NCBI RefSeq assembly: GCF_006345805.1
Contig: NC_042998.1
Coordinates: 96,224,001-96,288,000 of the forward strand
Length of the DNA stretch: 64,000 nucleotides
DNA from: Octopus sinensis
Taxonomy: Eukaryota
Direction: 5' to 3'
Position numbers and translations under genes: made by a program. This document shows positions 52,755 through 64,000 of this stretch, piece after piece (the stretch's first letter is position 1; each line of letters opens with the position of its first letter). Below the pieces are notes generated by a model. The model had not been told where the DNA came from. It saw only the letters and a list, made by a program, of their open reading frames with translations, and ran no database searches.

Positions 52755-52999
52755 GAGGAGGGGGAGAGACAGACAGACAAGCACACAGACAGACAGACAC
52801 ATAAATAGATCAACGTACAAGTGAGGATATATAAACCTGGGATAAAAAAATATCCAAGATTAGACTGCTTGGATGCTTAACAAAGCAGACACATACATAT
52901 ATAGTATTATTGATATTATACAAAACAAAAAGTTTCTGGTCTTGTTAATGTTAATAAACTTTTATTAATCTTATCTCCATCTTCTCTCTCATATGTGTA

Positions 53000-53064
<65 letters not shown>

Positions 53065-53067
53065 ATG

Positions 53068-53230
53068 TGAGTTCAAATTCCGCCGAGGTCGACTTTGCCT
53101 TTCATCCTTCCGGGGTCGATAAATTAAGTACCAGTTACGCACTGGGGTCGATGTAATCGACTTAATACCTATGTCTGTCCTTGTTTGTCCCCTCTGTGTT
53201 TAGCCCCTTGTGGGTAATAAAGAAATAGGT
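53068..53230 (+). mobile_element. 5'-truncated young SINE family B
   Basis: Near-identical to 17545-17705. Confidence 0.9.
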
Positions 53231-53679
53231 ATATCTTAGCTTATGTCGTTTCGAGTTATGTCTTATTCAACTTCACGTTGAATTTTCAAGAGATTAATGG
53301 AAAAAGTAAACCTCAAGTTTAGTCGATTTATCCAACTTTACGTCCGTCTTTAGAACCCCTACATCCACATAAATGACAATACTGAAGCGGAAAATGAAAT
53401 AAAATACATTTCAAAATATGTACAAACTATTTGTTAAAACAGATATAAGCTAATACATTTTCATTTTCTATTAAATGTATTTTCGTTTATCGTCGTTTTT
53501 CGAGTTTAAGTCGCATGTCTTGGAACAAAATCACCAACGTAAGTTGCGGTATGTTACACCCCCCCACACACACATACATACATACATACATACATACATA
53601 CATACATACATACATACATACATACATGGTTTTCCTTAGGGTGAGAAATGAGGGCGAGAAATTGTTTGAAATATGTTAT

Positions 53680-53719
<40 letters not shown>

Positions 53720-53933
53720 TATATATATAATGAGAAGAAAATCAATATGGAACTGAAATCTTTAAGTTGTTGAAGAAGGAAGGAAAAAAAAATATTGGTG
53801 AACTTGGAAGCCAAAGATGGTGCTTTGATGGTTTTTGCTTCTCTGTAACAAACACTTGGTCGGGCTGGCTGCAACCGAACGCAATTAAACTGTTCTGGGC
53901 AACAGTTTCCTTTTCCATTCCATTATTTGTCTC

Positions 53934-54010
<77 letters not shown>

Positions 54011-54267
54011 TCTTGCCCAGTAGCGAACGCGTTGAAACGCGAGCATGCATTCTCTGGGACCCGGCTTCCATTTCCAGTTCTATTTATTTATTTATTTATT
54101 TATTTATTTATTATAGCTGACCCCACCCCCCCTTTAACTCTCAGCCACTTCGGCTAATGAAGGTTTGTAAGAAAATGGAACGGCATGAACGCCAACACAC
54201 GCGCAGCCATTCCTATAATTTTGATCACTCTAGAGAAATTAATTAGTACCACGCTGATGGTTTGTTG

Positions 54268-54480
54268 CCGTCGTTTTGCCCTAGCTCAATCTTGATCAAG
54301 CAAATCAACGATCAGTGATCAAAGCTGTTCTGAATGTGACTACCCTGTCTTTTATTCAGATATGGCCTACGTCTAATTTAAACTACGTTGTCCAACTTTT
54401 AAGACAGTAAGTATATAGTGCGATATGTGTGTGACTTGGCTGCTATTTCCAGCAAGTTGAGCGACCGCATAGACGTTCCT
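54268..54480 (-). mobile_element. Dispersed repeat family D
   Basis: gatcaaag..acttggctgctatttccagcaagttgagcgacc. Confidence 0.55.
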
Positions 54481-54504
54481 TCGCTGGCTCAGTATAATGA
54501 ATAT

Positions 54505-54555
54505 GTTGATGATGATGATGATGGTGATGGTGGGGGTGGTGGGGGTGGTGCTGGC

Positions 54556-54588
<33 letters not shown>

Positions 54589-55390
54589 ACTGTTCGGTAT
54601 CACGATGTCATTACTTCAAATCCTGACAGTGTTTACTTTACATTTCATCCGTGTGGCTTGGATTGGAGGAGAAAGAGATGGTGGTGGCGGTGGTGATGGT
54701 GGTGGTGGTGTCGGCAGTGGGCAAGGAATGGTGTCGATAAAAATAGGGACCACGAAAGAAACATACTGAGCCGATTTCCGTCAAAATAAATATATACGCA
54801 TTCTTCCTCAGAAATATTATTAGCCTTGCAGCAGCTTGGTTGGAAAGAGGTTTCTCAATCACTACCACCACTACTACCACCACCACCACCACCACCACCA
54901 CTACTACCATCACCACCACTACCATTACTACCACCGACATCACCCTCATCATCGTCATCATGATTATCTTTGTCACTACCATCATCATCATCATCATCAT
55001 CATCATCGTCGTCGTCGTCGTCGTCGTCATCGTCACCATTGTCTTTGCCGCCACCAGATGCATGCAACACCACTATCACCATCACACCATCGCTATTGTC
55101 ATCACCACTACCAACACCACTTAATACTACCACCGCCACACCCACCATTACTACCACCACCACCACCACCACCACCACCGCCGCCACCACCATTACCACG
55201 CCTTTCCATCAAAGTATTGCTGTTAAGTTTTAATGCGTTCGATTTCCGAAACGACACATGACAGTGAAACTACAGAATAGTAACATTGAAGTAGTAACAT
55301 GTTTGAAGTGAAGTGTCAAGAACTACTGCCACTACTACCACTACATTTACTACTACTACTATTATTGCTACCGCCACCTCCTCACCTACC
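54505..55390. repeat. GAT/GGT/CAC/CAT trinucleotide low-complexity block
   Basis: Direct reading. Confidence 0.9.
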
Positions 55391-55464
55391 AACTTTCACT
55401 ACATTAGTATGGAGTATGTCACACTATGCTACACTATTCTAAGTCGCTCTGATTTTCACTACAC

Positions 55465-55835
55465 TGTGGTAAGAAATTTGCTTCCCAACCGCATGGTTCC
55501 GGGTTCAGTCCCACTGCGTGACACCTTGGACAGGTGTCTTTTACTATAGCCCTGGGCCGATGAAGTCCTTGTGATTGGATTTGGCAGATGGAAACTGAAA
55601 GAAGCCCATTATATATGCATATGTGTGTGTGTGTGTGTGTGTTTCTTCACCACACTACTGTTTGACAACCGGTGTTAGCGTGTTTACGTCCCCGTAAATT
55701 AACGATTCGGGTATAGAGAACGACAGAATAAATGTCAGGCTTAGAAAGAAAATAAATACTAGAGTCGATTCGCTCGACATAAATTCTTCAAGGCGGTGCC
55801 ACAGTATGGCCGCAGTGAGAAGATAAGAGACAAAA
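55465..55835 (+). mobile_element. SINE family A
   Basis: Colinear with consensus copy. Confidence 0.85.
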
Positions 55836-55959
55836 GATACTCTACAACTGATTCTCAACCCTATGGACCCCTTGGGTTCCTATTTTTCTCGGGTGGATCC
55901 TCATACCTATTCGATGTTTAACAAACCCTATTATGTTTCTATAATTAAATTTTAGCTTT

Positions 55960-56165
55960 ACATTTTGGCACAAGGCCAGCAATTTCGGGGGACGGGGTAA
56001 GTCGATTACATCGACCCCACAGCTCAACTGGTACTTATTTCGTCGACCCCGAAAGGATGAAAGGCAAAGCCGACCTCGGCAGAATTTGAACTCAGAAACC
56101 TACATGCGGACGAAATGCCGCTCAGCATTTTGTCCGACGTGCTAAACGATTCTGCCAGCTCGCCG
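55960..56165 (-). mobile_element. SINE family B, full length
   Basis: Reverse complement of family B consensus. Confidence 0.9.
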
Positions 56166-57097
56166 TTGCATTAAAAAAATTGTTAAAATGTTTTGTGTAT
56201 TGTAGAAGTATAAACCAATTTCTTGCACATAAATTTTACCCATAAAATCCTGTGTGGACGCCCAAGGGACTCCGTATGAGGCCCACTGCTCTATACTGTA
56301 CAACATAAAACTAAACCACATTATATTACACGTCATTACAATATATTGTACAAGGCCACATAACGCTACTCTACAATATATTACAATACATTTCCATACA
56401 TTACATTATATAGCACTATATTTCATTATATTACATTACATCACTATCTACTCCGCACGACATATTCTACACTGCGTCATATACGCCATATACGTAAAAC
56501 CTTTACTACATTACACTCCAACTGTATGACACTGCTCATTTCTATCACATACCGTTCTATCCAACACTACATTGCACATTGCACTCTATTTGACATATAC
56601 TAAATTACACTGCACTACATTACACCACACTGCACCAACACAGCCACGACCGCTACCACCGTCACCAATATCACCACCTCCAGCACAGCCACCACCATCA
56701 TCTCCGCACGACCGTCATATCAACGCCACCACCATCACCACATAACGCAGTGTAGTTGTAATGTAATGTAGTTATTTAGTCAGACTACACAAACCTACAC
56801 CGCGCGCGATGTTACACCTCGGCTACATTATTACACCTTTAACTACACTACATAACACTAAATTTCATATCTGACTACTCTACATCTCCATTGCACTGCA
56901 CTGTCGTCGCTCAATAACAGCTGTTGAAGCAACAATAGGCTGGCTATTACAACGGTACAAGCGCTCGCTCCCTCGCTAGTTCCATTACGCGTCTTACTCC
57001 CTCTTGTCATCATGGAATGTTGTTGCATCTGATTACCTTCTCCGACTCACAAATACGCGGGATCTTCTTGGCTTGGCTGCTTGCTTACGCATAGCTA

Positions 57098-57140
<43 letters not shown>

Positions 57141-57494
57141 GTCTCTGCTACTGTTTCTTTCTTTGGTTCCAGGCAGGAGAGGAGACACGTTTTGAGACGA
57201 ACAATGCCGAACTAAACGCTTTGTATCAATTCTCCGAGACATAAAGGCACGGATGGTTGGACGTACACATACACACATTTACATACAGTTACATTCTCAC
57301 AAACACACACATTCACGAATTCATATGCATTCCACGCACATACGCACAAATACATACACAGACATATAAACACACGTGTACAAACACATGCAAAAAAGAA
57401 GTGCGCACGCACACACACGTGTGTGTATATGCCCAAAAGCTCTATCTCTTTTTGCGTCATCAATTATTAAATGAATGAATCTTATTTGTGTTGT

Positions 57495-57736
57495 TATCAA
57501 TGATGGTGATGATGACGGTACTAATAATTCTGTTGCTGGTGATGATGATGATGATGATGATGCTGATGAATACTCGTGGTGTTCATATTTATAGGTGGTG
57601 TAGTAGTGAGGCTGCTGGCGGTGGTGGTGATTATAGTGATGGTGGCGGAGAGAGGCGAGGAGAGCAGGAAAGAAGATGATGGTGATGCGAATGGGGGAGG
57701 GTCAGTCAGTGTTGGCTTGCTATGACGATGCTGGTT

Positions 57737-57771
<35 letters not shown>

Positions 57772-58475
57772 CAGCAGCAGCAGCAGCAGCATCATGGCGA
57801 CGTGGTCGATGATAATGATGTCGGCGACCAGGACGGACGACGATATTGATGATGACGAAAACAACGATGTTGATAACGATAATGACAATGATGATAATGT
57901 CAGTGATTATGGTTCTGATCCTGATCATCGTAATCGTCGTGGTTATTTCTTATGTGTGCATTAACGAAGAGAATGGTAAATTATAGCATTGAAGTCTTTC
58001 CCTAAAGGCATTATCAAAGCAGTGAAGCGGTTCCAACAGGTTGTTGGTGCTCGACATAGCATAATCCAATTTCCACATTCACTCATAGATATCTGACTAT
58101 TCATCACTATATTGCAACTAAATCACTAGATTCATCATCGTCGTCATCAGCCTCATCATCATCGTCGTCGTCAGCATCATCATCGTCGTCGTCATCATCA
58201 TCGTCGTCGTCATCATCATCGTCGTCGTCAACATCATCGTTGTCGTTGTTATGGCCATCAACGTCATTATCACCACCACTACCATCATCACCGTCATCGT
58301 CGTCGTCACATCGTTTGTCATCGCTTCATCAGCATCACCATCATCATCATCGTCGTAGTTTTCGTCATCACCACCAACTTCTTCGTTGTCGTCGTTATCA
58401 TCACCACCACCATCATCGTCCTCATCATCATCATCATCATTTTCAATGTTATCATCATTGCTTTCTTCATCATCG
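57495..58475. repeat. GAT/CAT/CGT trinucleotide low-complexity blocks
   Basis: Direct reading. Confidence 0.9.
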
Positions 58476-59077
58476 CTTGTCTTTTACTATAATTTATTCC
58501 GGAGAGGGTTCAAATCAGCTATGGCCTTTCTATTCTTTCCTGTATCTGTAATTCGAGAACCCAGCTATATCATTCAGGGTGTGTCTGACTGGTTCTGAAT
58601 GAAGAGGCAAAAATTACTTTAATACCCGACATTACTATGGCCAACTGGCTTTGTTGATCGAACCATTGGAACGTTAAGCGTTCAAATCCCATGGACGTCG
58701 ATTTAGCTTTTTCATCCTACACGCATGAATATAATAAGAACCTGTTAAGTATTGATCCCAACTTCAAAAGTTATGGACTTGTGCCTTATTTCAGTTATAT
58801 AGATAGTTGTTACTGGATTGACAGAATCGCTGAAAGATTGGAAAAATACTTGGCGCTAGTTATTTCGACTCTGTATTCTAAGTTCAAATCCTAACTTTTC
58901 TGGCTCGATAAAATATAGTACCAATCGATGCAACTGACTAGCTCTCCTCCAAAAAATCTGAGGCCTTGTGTGTATATTAGAATGGATTAATATTATTATT
59001 AGCAGGACCCTGTGGAAATACCACGTTTTAAAATTGTTCTTATTTCTGTTTTGATGCATAAATTTATAATTGTTCTC

Positions 59078-59470
59078 AGGCGCAGGAGTGGCTGTGTGAT
59101 AAGTAGCTTACTTACCAACCACATGGTTCCGGGTTCAGTCCCACTGCATGGTACCTTGGGCAAGTGTCTTCTACTATAGCCTCGGGCCAACCAAAGCCTT
59201 TTGAGTGGATTTAGTAGACGGAAACTGAAAGAAGCCCGTCGTATATATGCATATATATATATATGTGTGTGTGTTTGTGTGTCTGTGACGCCCCCTCCCC
59301 AACATCGCTTGACAACCGATGCTGGTGTGTTTACGTCCCCGTAACTTAGCGGTTCGGTAAAAGAGACCGATGAAATAAGTCCTAGGCTTACAAAGAAAAG
59401 TCCTGGGGTCGACTAAAGGCGGTGTTCCAGCATGGCCGCAGTTAAACGACTGAAACAAGTAAAAGAATAA
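59078..59470 (+). mobile_element. SINE family A, full length
   Basis: Colinear with 5001-5453. Confidence 0.9.
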
Positions 59471-59973
59471 TAGAATTATATGGTTTCATTGCGTTAAATG
59501 TTTAGATATAGTTTATGTCTTCGAATGTGTCAATGATTTTTAAGGTTGTCAAAAGCATAACTCTCAAACACGTCGTGACAATGCTGCAATTACGTATTTT
59601 GATCAAAACAATTATGGAAAGACAGAAGTATTGAACAGAATACCTCAAGATCAATTAAACAAATACCAGTTATATAAACTGGCTGGAAATTATTTAGTTA
59701 TTCTTGCTGTCGTTGTTAAGGATTTCTTTTTTAATTCTTCTAAACACTCAGAACTAAGCACGAGCAAACTCATAAAGTGATGCCTGTATGTATTACTACA
59801 CGTATTATGAAAATATGTTATGTAATAAGTCCATATGTTGGACATAGAAGTATGCTGTCTCACATCATGCAATAAATGAAGAATACTACGAGGCTGATAA
59901 ATATAAGGATCTCAAGATTATGAGTGGCTATGGTTGTTATTTTATTTATTTTTATAATATTCCTGTCCTCCAA

Positions 59974-60205
59974 AGCGGCGAGTTGGCAGAAACGTTAGCA
60001 TGCCAGGTGAAATACTTAGCAGTATTTCATCTGTCTTTTACGTTCTGAGTTCAAATTCCGCCGAGGTCAATTTTGCCGTTCATCCTTTCGGGGTCGATAA
60101 ATTAATTTCCAGTTGCGTACTGAGGTCGATCTAATCGACTGGCCCCCCCCCCCCCCCCTTCCCCAAAAATGTTAGGCCTTGTACCTAGAGTAGAAAAGAA
60201 TATTA
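59974..60205 (+). mobile_element. SINE family B, full length
   Basis: gcggcgagttggcagaaacgttagca..gtcgataaattaa. Confidence 0.9.
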
Positions 60206-62190
60206 CTTTCTTCGGCTGGTTAGTTTGTCGTAGCTGTAAATTCCGAACTAACACTTTAGCATTTAAACTGACCAAATATACTACCTTTTTCAGATACCAG
60301 ATTCAGCCTCTCACATTTACCCTACAATGTCATCTTAAAAATAAATACACTTGAAAATAAACATCATTGAAATCTGGAAGCTACGAGACAATGCATGACA
60401 ATGCAAATAATGTCAATAAATAAACATTACATTTGACAATAATTTAAACGCTAAAGGGCCAGTTATTAAACATAGACCGAAATAATGGAAACTGTCACAA
60501 GCTACTGAATATCATCGCCAATTTCTTTTTTTCTTTTTTACCATCAGCTGTTTTTCGCAGAAGCAATGAGTAAGAATGATATCCTGGTTGTGTAGTAGTG
60601 GTAGTGGTGGGGATCGTTTAATTTGGTGGGGTGGGGGTTAAAGGAAGGCAAGTTGTTATATTCCTTTCTGTAGCTTCAAGGATTATTTATGGATTAGTAA
60701 TCATTTCCTTGTGTTATTGATTTGAGATGATTTACTAATCTGGGTACCAGGTTATATCGAAATTTTACCGATGTGTTTCGGACTTCCGTAACACATTTTC
60801 CTTCTAGCTCTTTTCGTTTCCTTTTCTGTGGAATTATGTCAAGGTTCTACCTGTTAATGAGGGACCGATAAAGTCATTGATTTTAAACTTGCTGTTGTTT
60901 AACACCAGATCAACCCTATTCTTGTGGTAACCATTCCTTTTTTTTTTTTTTTTTTTTTTTTTTTGCTATTTTCCCCTTCCAAACACGGTTTTGGTATGGT
61001 TTGAGGGGAAAATTAGTTGCCAATGAAGTTACTGGGTAGAAGACCTCGCTTTGGTTCAACCTCGATCAAGTTTTATGAGGACACATTTTTGTGAATGAGA
61101 AATATTTCTTGACTGGGTAGAATAAACTTGATGAGTACCACTGTTAAAAGTGCACAAGAATGTGGTTCGAAGGAGGAGGCCGTTACAATCGGATTCTATT
61201 TCACTAATCAGCTAGCTCTGTTTGTCTATTTATCCTAAAATATAAGGCAATTACTGTCACCCCCCCCCCATATATACCACCAACAACAACACCACCACCA
61301 CTGCTACTGCTCCTGCTACTACTACTACTATTATTATTAGGGTCGACTATAGTCCCCTTCAAAAACATCGTCCTTGCACCTATCTCGGAAATTATTATTC
61401 AGTTATTAAATGATATTGTTTAACCAATTATTAATGTTTAAGAAATCATCTTTATTAGAAACAAAATCAATGTATCCAAACAATCTCACAGAATGGAATT
61501 TTTTAATACTATTTCTGGTACGTTTAATCTAGTTTGTTGTTTAGTGACAGAAATATTTATTAAAGCGGTAATAAAATAAACGGTTTGTTTCTTTTGCAAA
61601 CAACACAGTTATTATTTCTTTTTTATTTTATTTTATTTTTATTATTATTTACCAATCTCATGTAACGAATTTTAAAATTGTTTGTAGCGATTAGTAATCC
61701 ATTACAAGAATGGCTAATCTGCTTCCTGGTTCTGGCCTCGTGTCATTTCGAAAACTCTTCGGTTGCTAGGCTAGTCCTTCCTGACAACCTATTTCTAACA
61801 CACACACACATATACACACTACTAGCATCATTCACAATATTACTTTTTCTCTTCCCGCTTTCCGATCTCATACTTTCTCTCTATCCAAACACATAACATA
61901 TCATCCTCCTCCTCCCCTTCATCATCCACCGCCTACTCTCTCTTATTATGTTTCCTTTAACCATTTCCTCTTCTTTCACGTCAATTCTCAACGCCATGCC
62001 TTATAATCTCATAACATCGTTTTCGTTCTACCATTTCTCTTTCTTCATCTCTTTCTTTTCTTCTGTCGTTTTCGCTTTTTTTCCAAAATCTCATTTACAG
62101 CGATTTGTTTCTTCCTCGTTTCCTATTTTTCTTTCATTCCCACTCTCTCTGCTTGTTTGTTTATCCGTTTGTTTCTTGCTGTTTCTTCTG

Positions 62191-62261
<71 letters not shown>

Positions 62262-62353
62262 GTCTATCTATCTATCTATCTGTCTGTCTGTCTGTCTGTC
62301 TGTCTATGTGTATGATTTGGGCCCATCCCTATCTCTTCGTCTCTCTCTCTCTC

Positions 62354-62384
<31 letters not shown>

Positions 62385-63036
62385 CCCTCTCTCTCTCTCT
62401 CTCACTCTCTCCACACTCGCACACACATATATATACACACACACACACACACAGATAAGATGCATCCATATCCGTAAATGAAAGAAAAATATACACAGAA
62501 ACAATTTGGAGAGAAAGAGAGAGGGGGAGGAGGGAGGGAGAAGGAGCGAATATGACGGAGAATTAGAGACAGGAGCGAAAGATCGTAAAAAAAAATCGTT
62601 CTACCATCATCCATCAATATTATAATAACATTATTATTAACCAGATTACAGACACCTCATCATTTCAGCATCAACAACTATAGCAACTACTACTACTACT
62701 ACTACTACTACTAGGAATTACAATGCCACCATTTCATCCGCTTAAAAGCTCCATACTAATCAAAACAAGTTCAACAGCAAACTAGATGAAACTTGCCCAA
62801 AATGTGTTGGTCTAATATTCAGCCAAACATTGTCCTTTTACCTGTTAGAAATAGCAACTACTTACATTCTACTGCTTAAAATTAAAAAAAAAAAACGGAA
62901 GAACACATTGAATGGTGTGTTTCTAGATGCAGTTTGTTTGAAATTTCGATGTGTTGGTCGTGGCTGAAAAACTTTTGATTATTTTTAGATTTGCACTCTC
63001 GGGGCTAATGGCGACAAAGATGGCATAGCTAAGAGC

Positions 63037-63409
63037 TTACTCTTTTACTTGTTTCAGTCATTTGACTGCGGCTATGCTGGAGCACCGCCTTTAGTCGAGG
63101 AAATTGGCCCCAGGACTTATTCTATCGGTCTCTTTTTGCCGAACCGCTAAGTTACGGGGACGTAAACACATCAGCATCGGTTGTCAAGCGATGTTGGGGT
63201 GGACACAGACAAACACCCCCCCACACACACACATATATATATATATATATACGACGGGCTTCTTTCAGTTTCCGTCTACCAAATCCACTCACAAGGCTTT
63301 GGTCGGCCCGAGTTTATAGTAGAAGACACACGCCCAAGGTGCCACGCAGTGGAATTGAACCCGGAACCATGTGGTTGGTAAGCAAGCTACTTACCACACA
63401 GCCACTCCT
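63037..63409 (-). mobile_element. SINE family A, full length
   Basis: Reverse complement of consensus. Confidence 0.9.
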
Positions 63410-63847
63410 ATAAATTATCTTTCAACCTCGTTAATTATCTTTCAACCACTTGAAGTACTTTTATTTATCAGCAAATTATTTTTTAAAAATATAGTTCTGC
63501 ATACTGTTGATGAAAATCACATTCATTTGTTTCTAGAAATTAATAACAAAGAAGTTGCATCACTGTAGAAAATTTGATAAAATAATCTGATAAAATTTTG
63601 GAATACTTTAAGTGGTTGGAAGAAACTTATCAAGATCTCATTAGCTTTCTTGTATGGATAACGATGATTTCAGACTAGAGAGAAGGGAAGCGTAACAAGA
63701 GTACTGAGTCTCTATGGTGGTTTTCAAAACACTAGATCCTAATCATAGGATAGGGCTATATGGGGGCAGGACCTATATGAAGTGGGTGAATGGGGTTAAT
63801 CTATGTATATATGGGTGATTTATGCCGGCCTACCTCCTTCCCTCCTC

Positions 63848-63912
63848 CCCTCCGCTCTCTCCCTCCGTTCTCTCCCTCCGTTCTCTTCCTCCGCTCTCTT
63901 TCTCCGCTCTCT
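63848..63912. repeat. 13-bp tandem repeat (CTCCGYTCTCTYY) about x5
   Basis: Direct reading. Confidence 0.8.
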
Positions 63913-64000
63913 CTATCTCCCATTCCCTTCCTCGTGTTTGTGTGTGCGCGATCACAATCTCACACATCCACAAAATTGATCAGAAGTCCGTATAGCAAGG

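Noticed and set aside
54836-55261. His/Pro-rich ORF
   Set aside because: Low-complexity CAC/CAT tract open in several frames, with no splice or domain support.

Overview
This is an AT-rich, microsatellite-dense animal genomic window, very likely octopus, judged from its tRNA-derived SINE families and repeat landscape. I can support no host protein-coding exon; nearly all listed ORFs are translations of simple repeats or SINEs. The window holds dozens of copies of three SINE families (A: internal microsatellite; B: Meta/MESC-like domain; C: CORE-like) and an older dispersed repeat (D). It also contains two decayed Penelope-like (PLE) retroelements of different types lying tail-to-tail at 0.6-2.8 kb, an internally deleted RTE LINE with an 11-bp TSD, an internally deleted mariner, hAT-type MITEs and a Tigger/pogo remnant. 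The most notable signal is a set of short non-coding elements embedded in (TA)n tracts that carry type-I hammerhead ribozyme motifs. One is a canonical CUGACGA/GAAA/GUC hammerhead inside an inverted duplication at 18.7-19.0 kb. Another is a four-copy family with a recurrent non-canonical CUGUNGA core (A6U). There are also truncated and fold-back relatives. All calls were made by eye; boundaries of degenerate repeats are approximate and ribozyme activity is untested.
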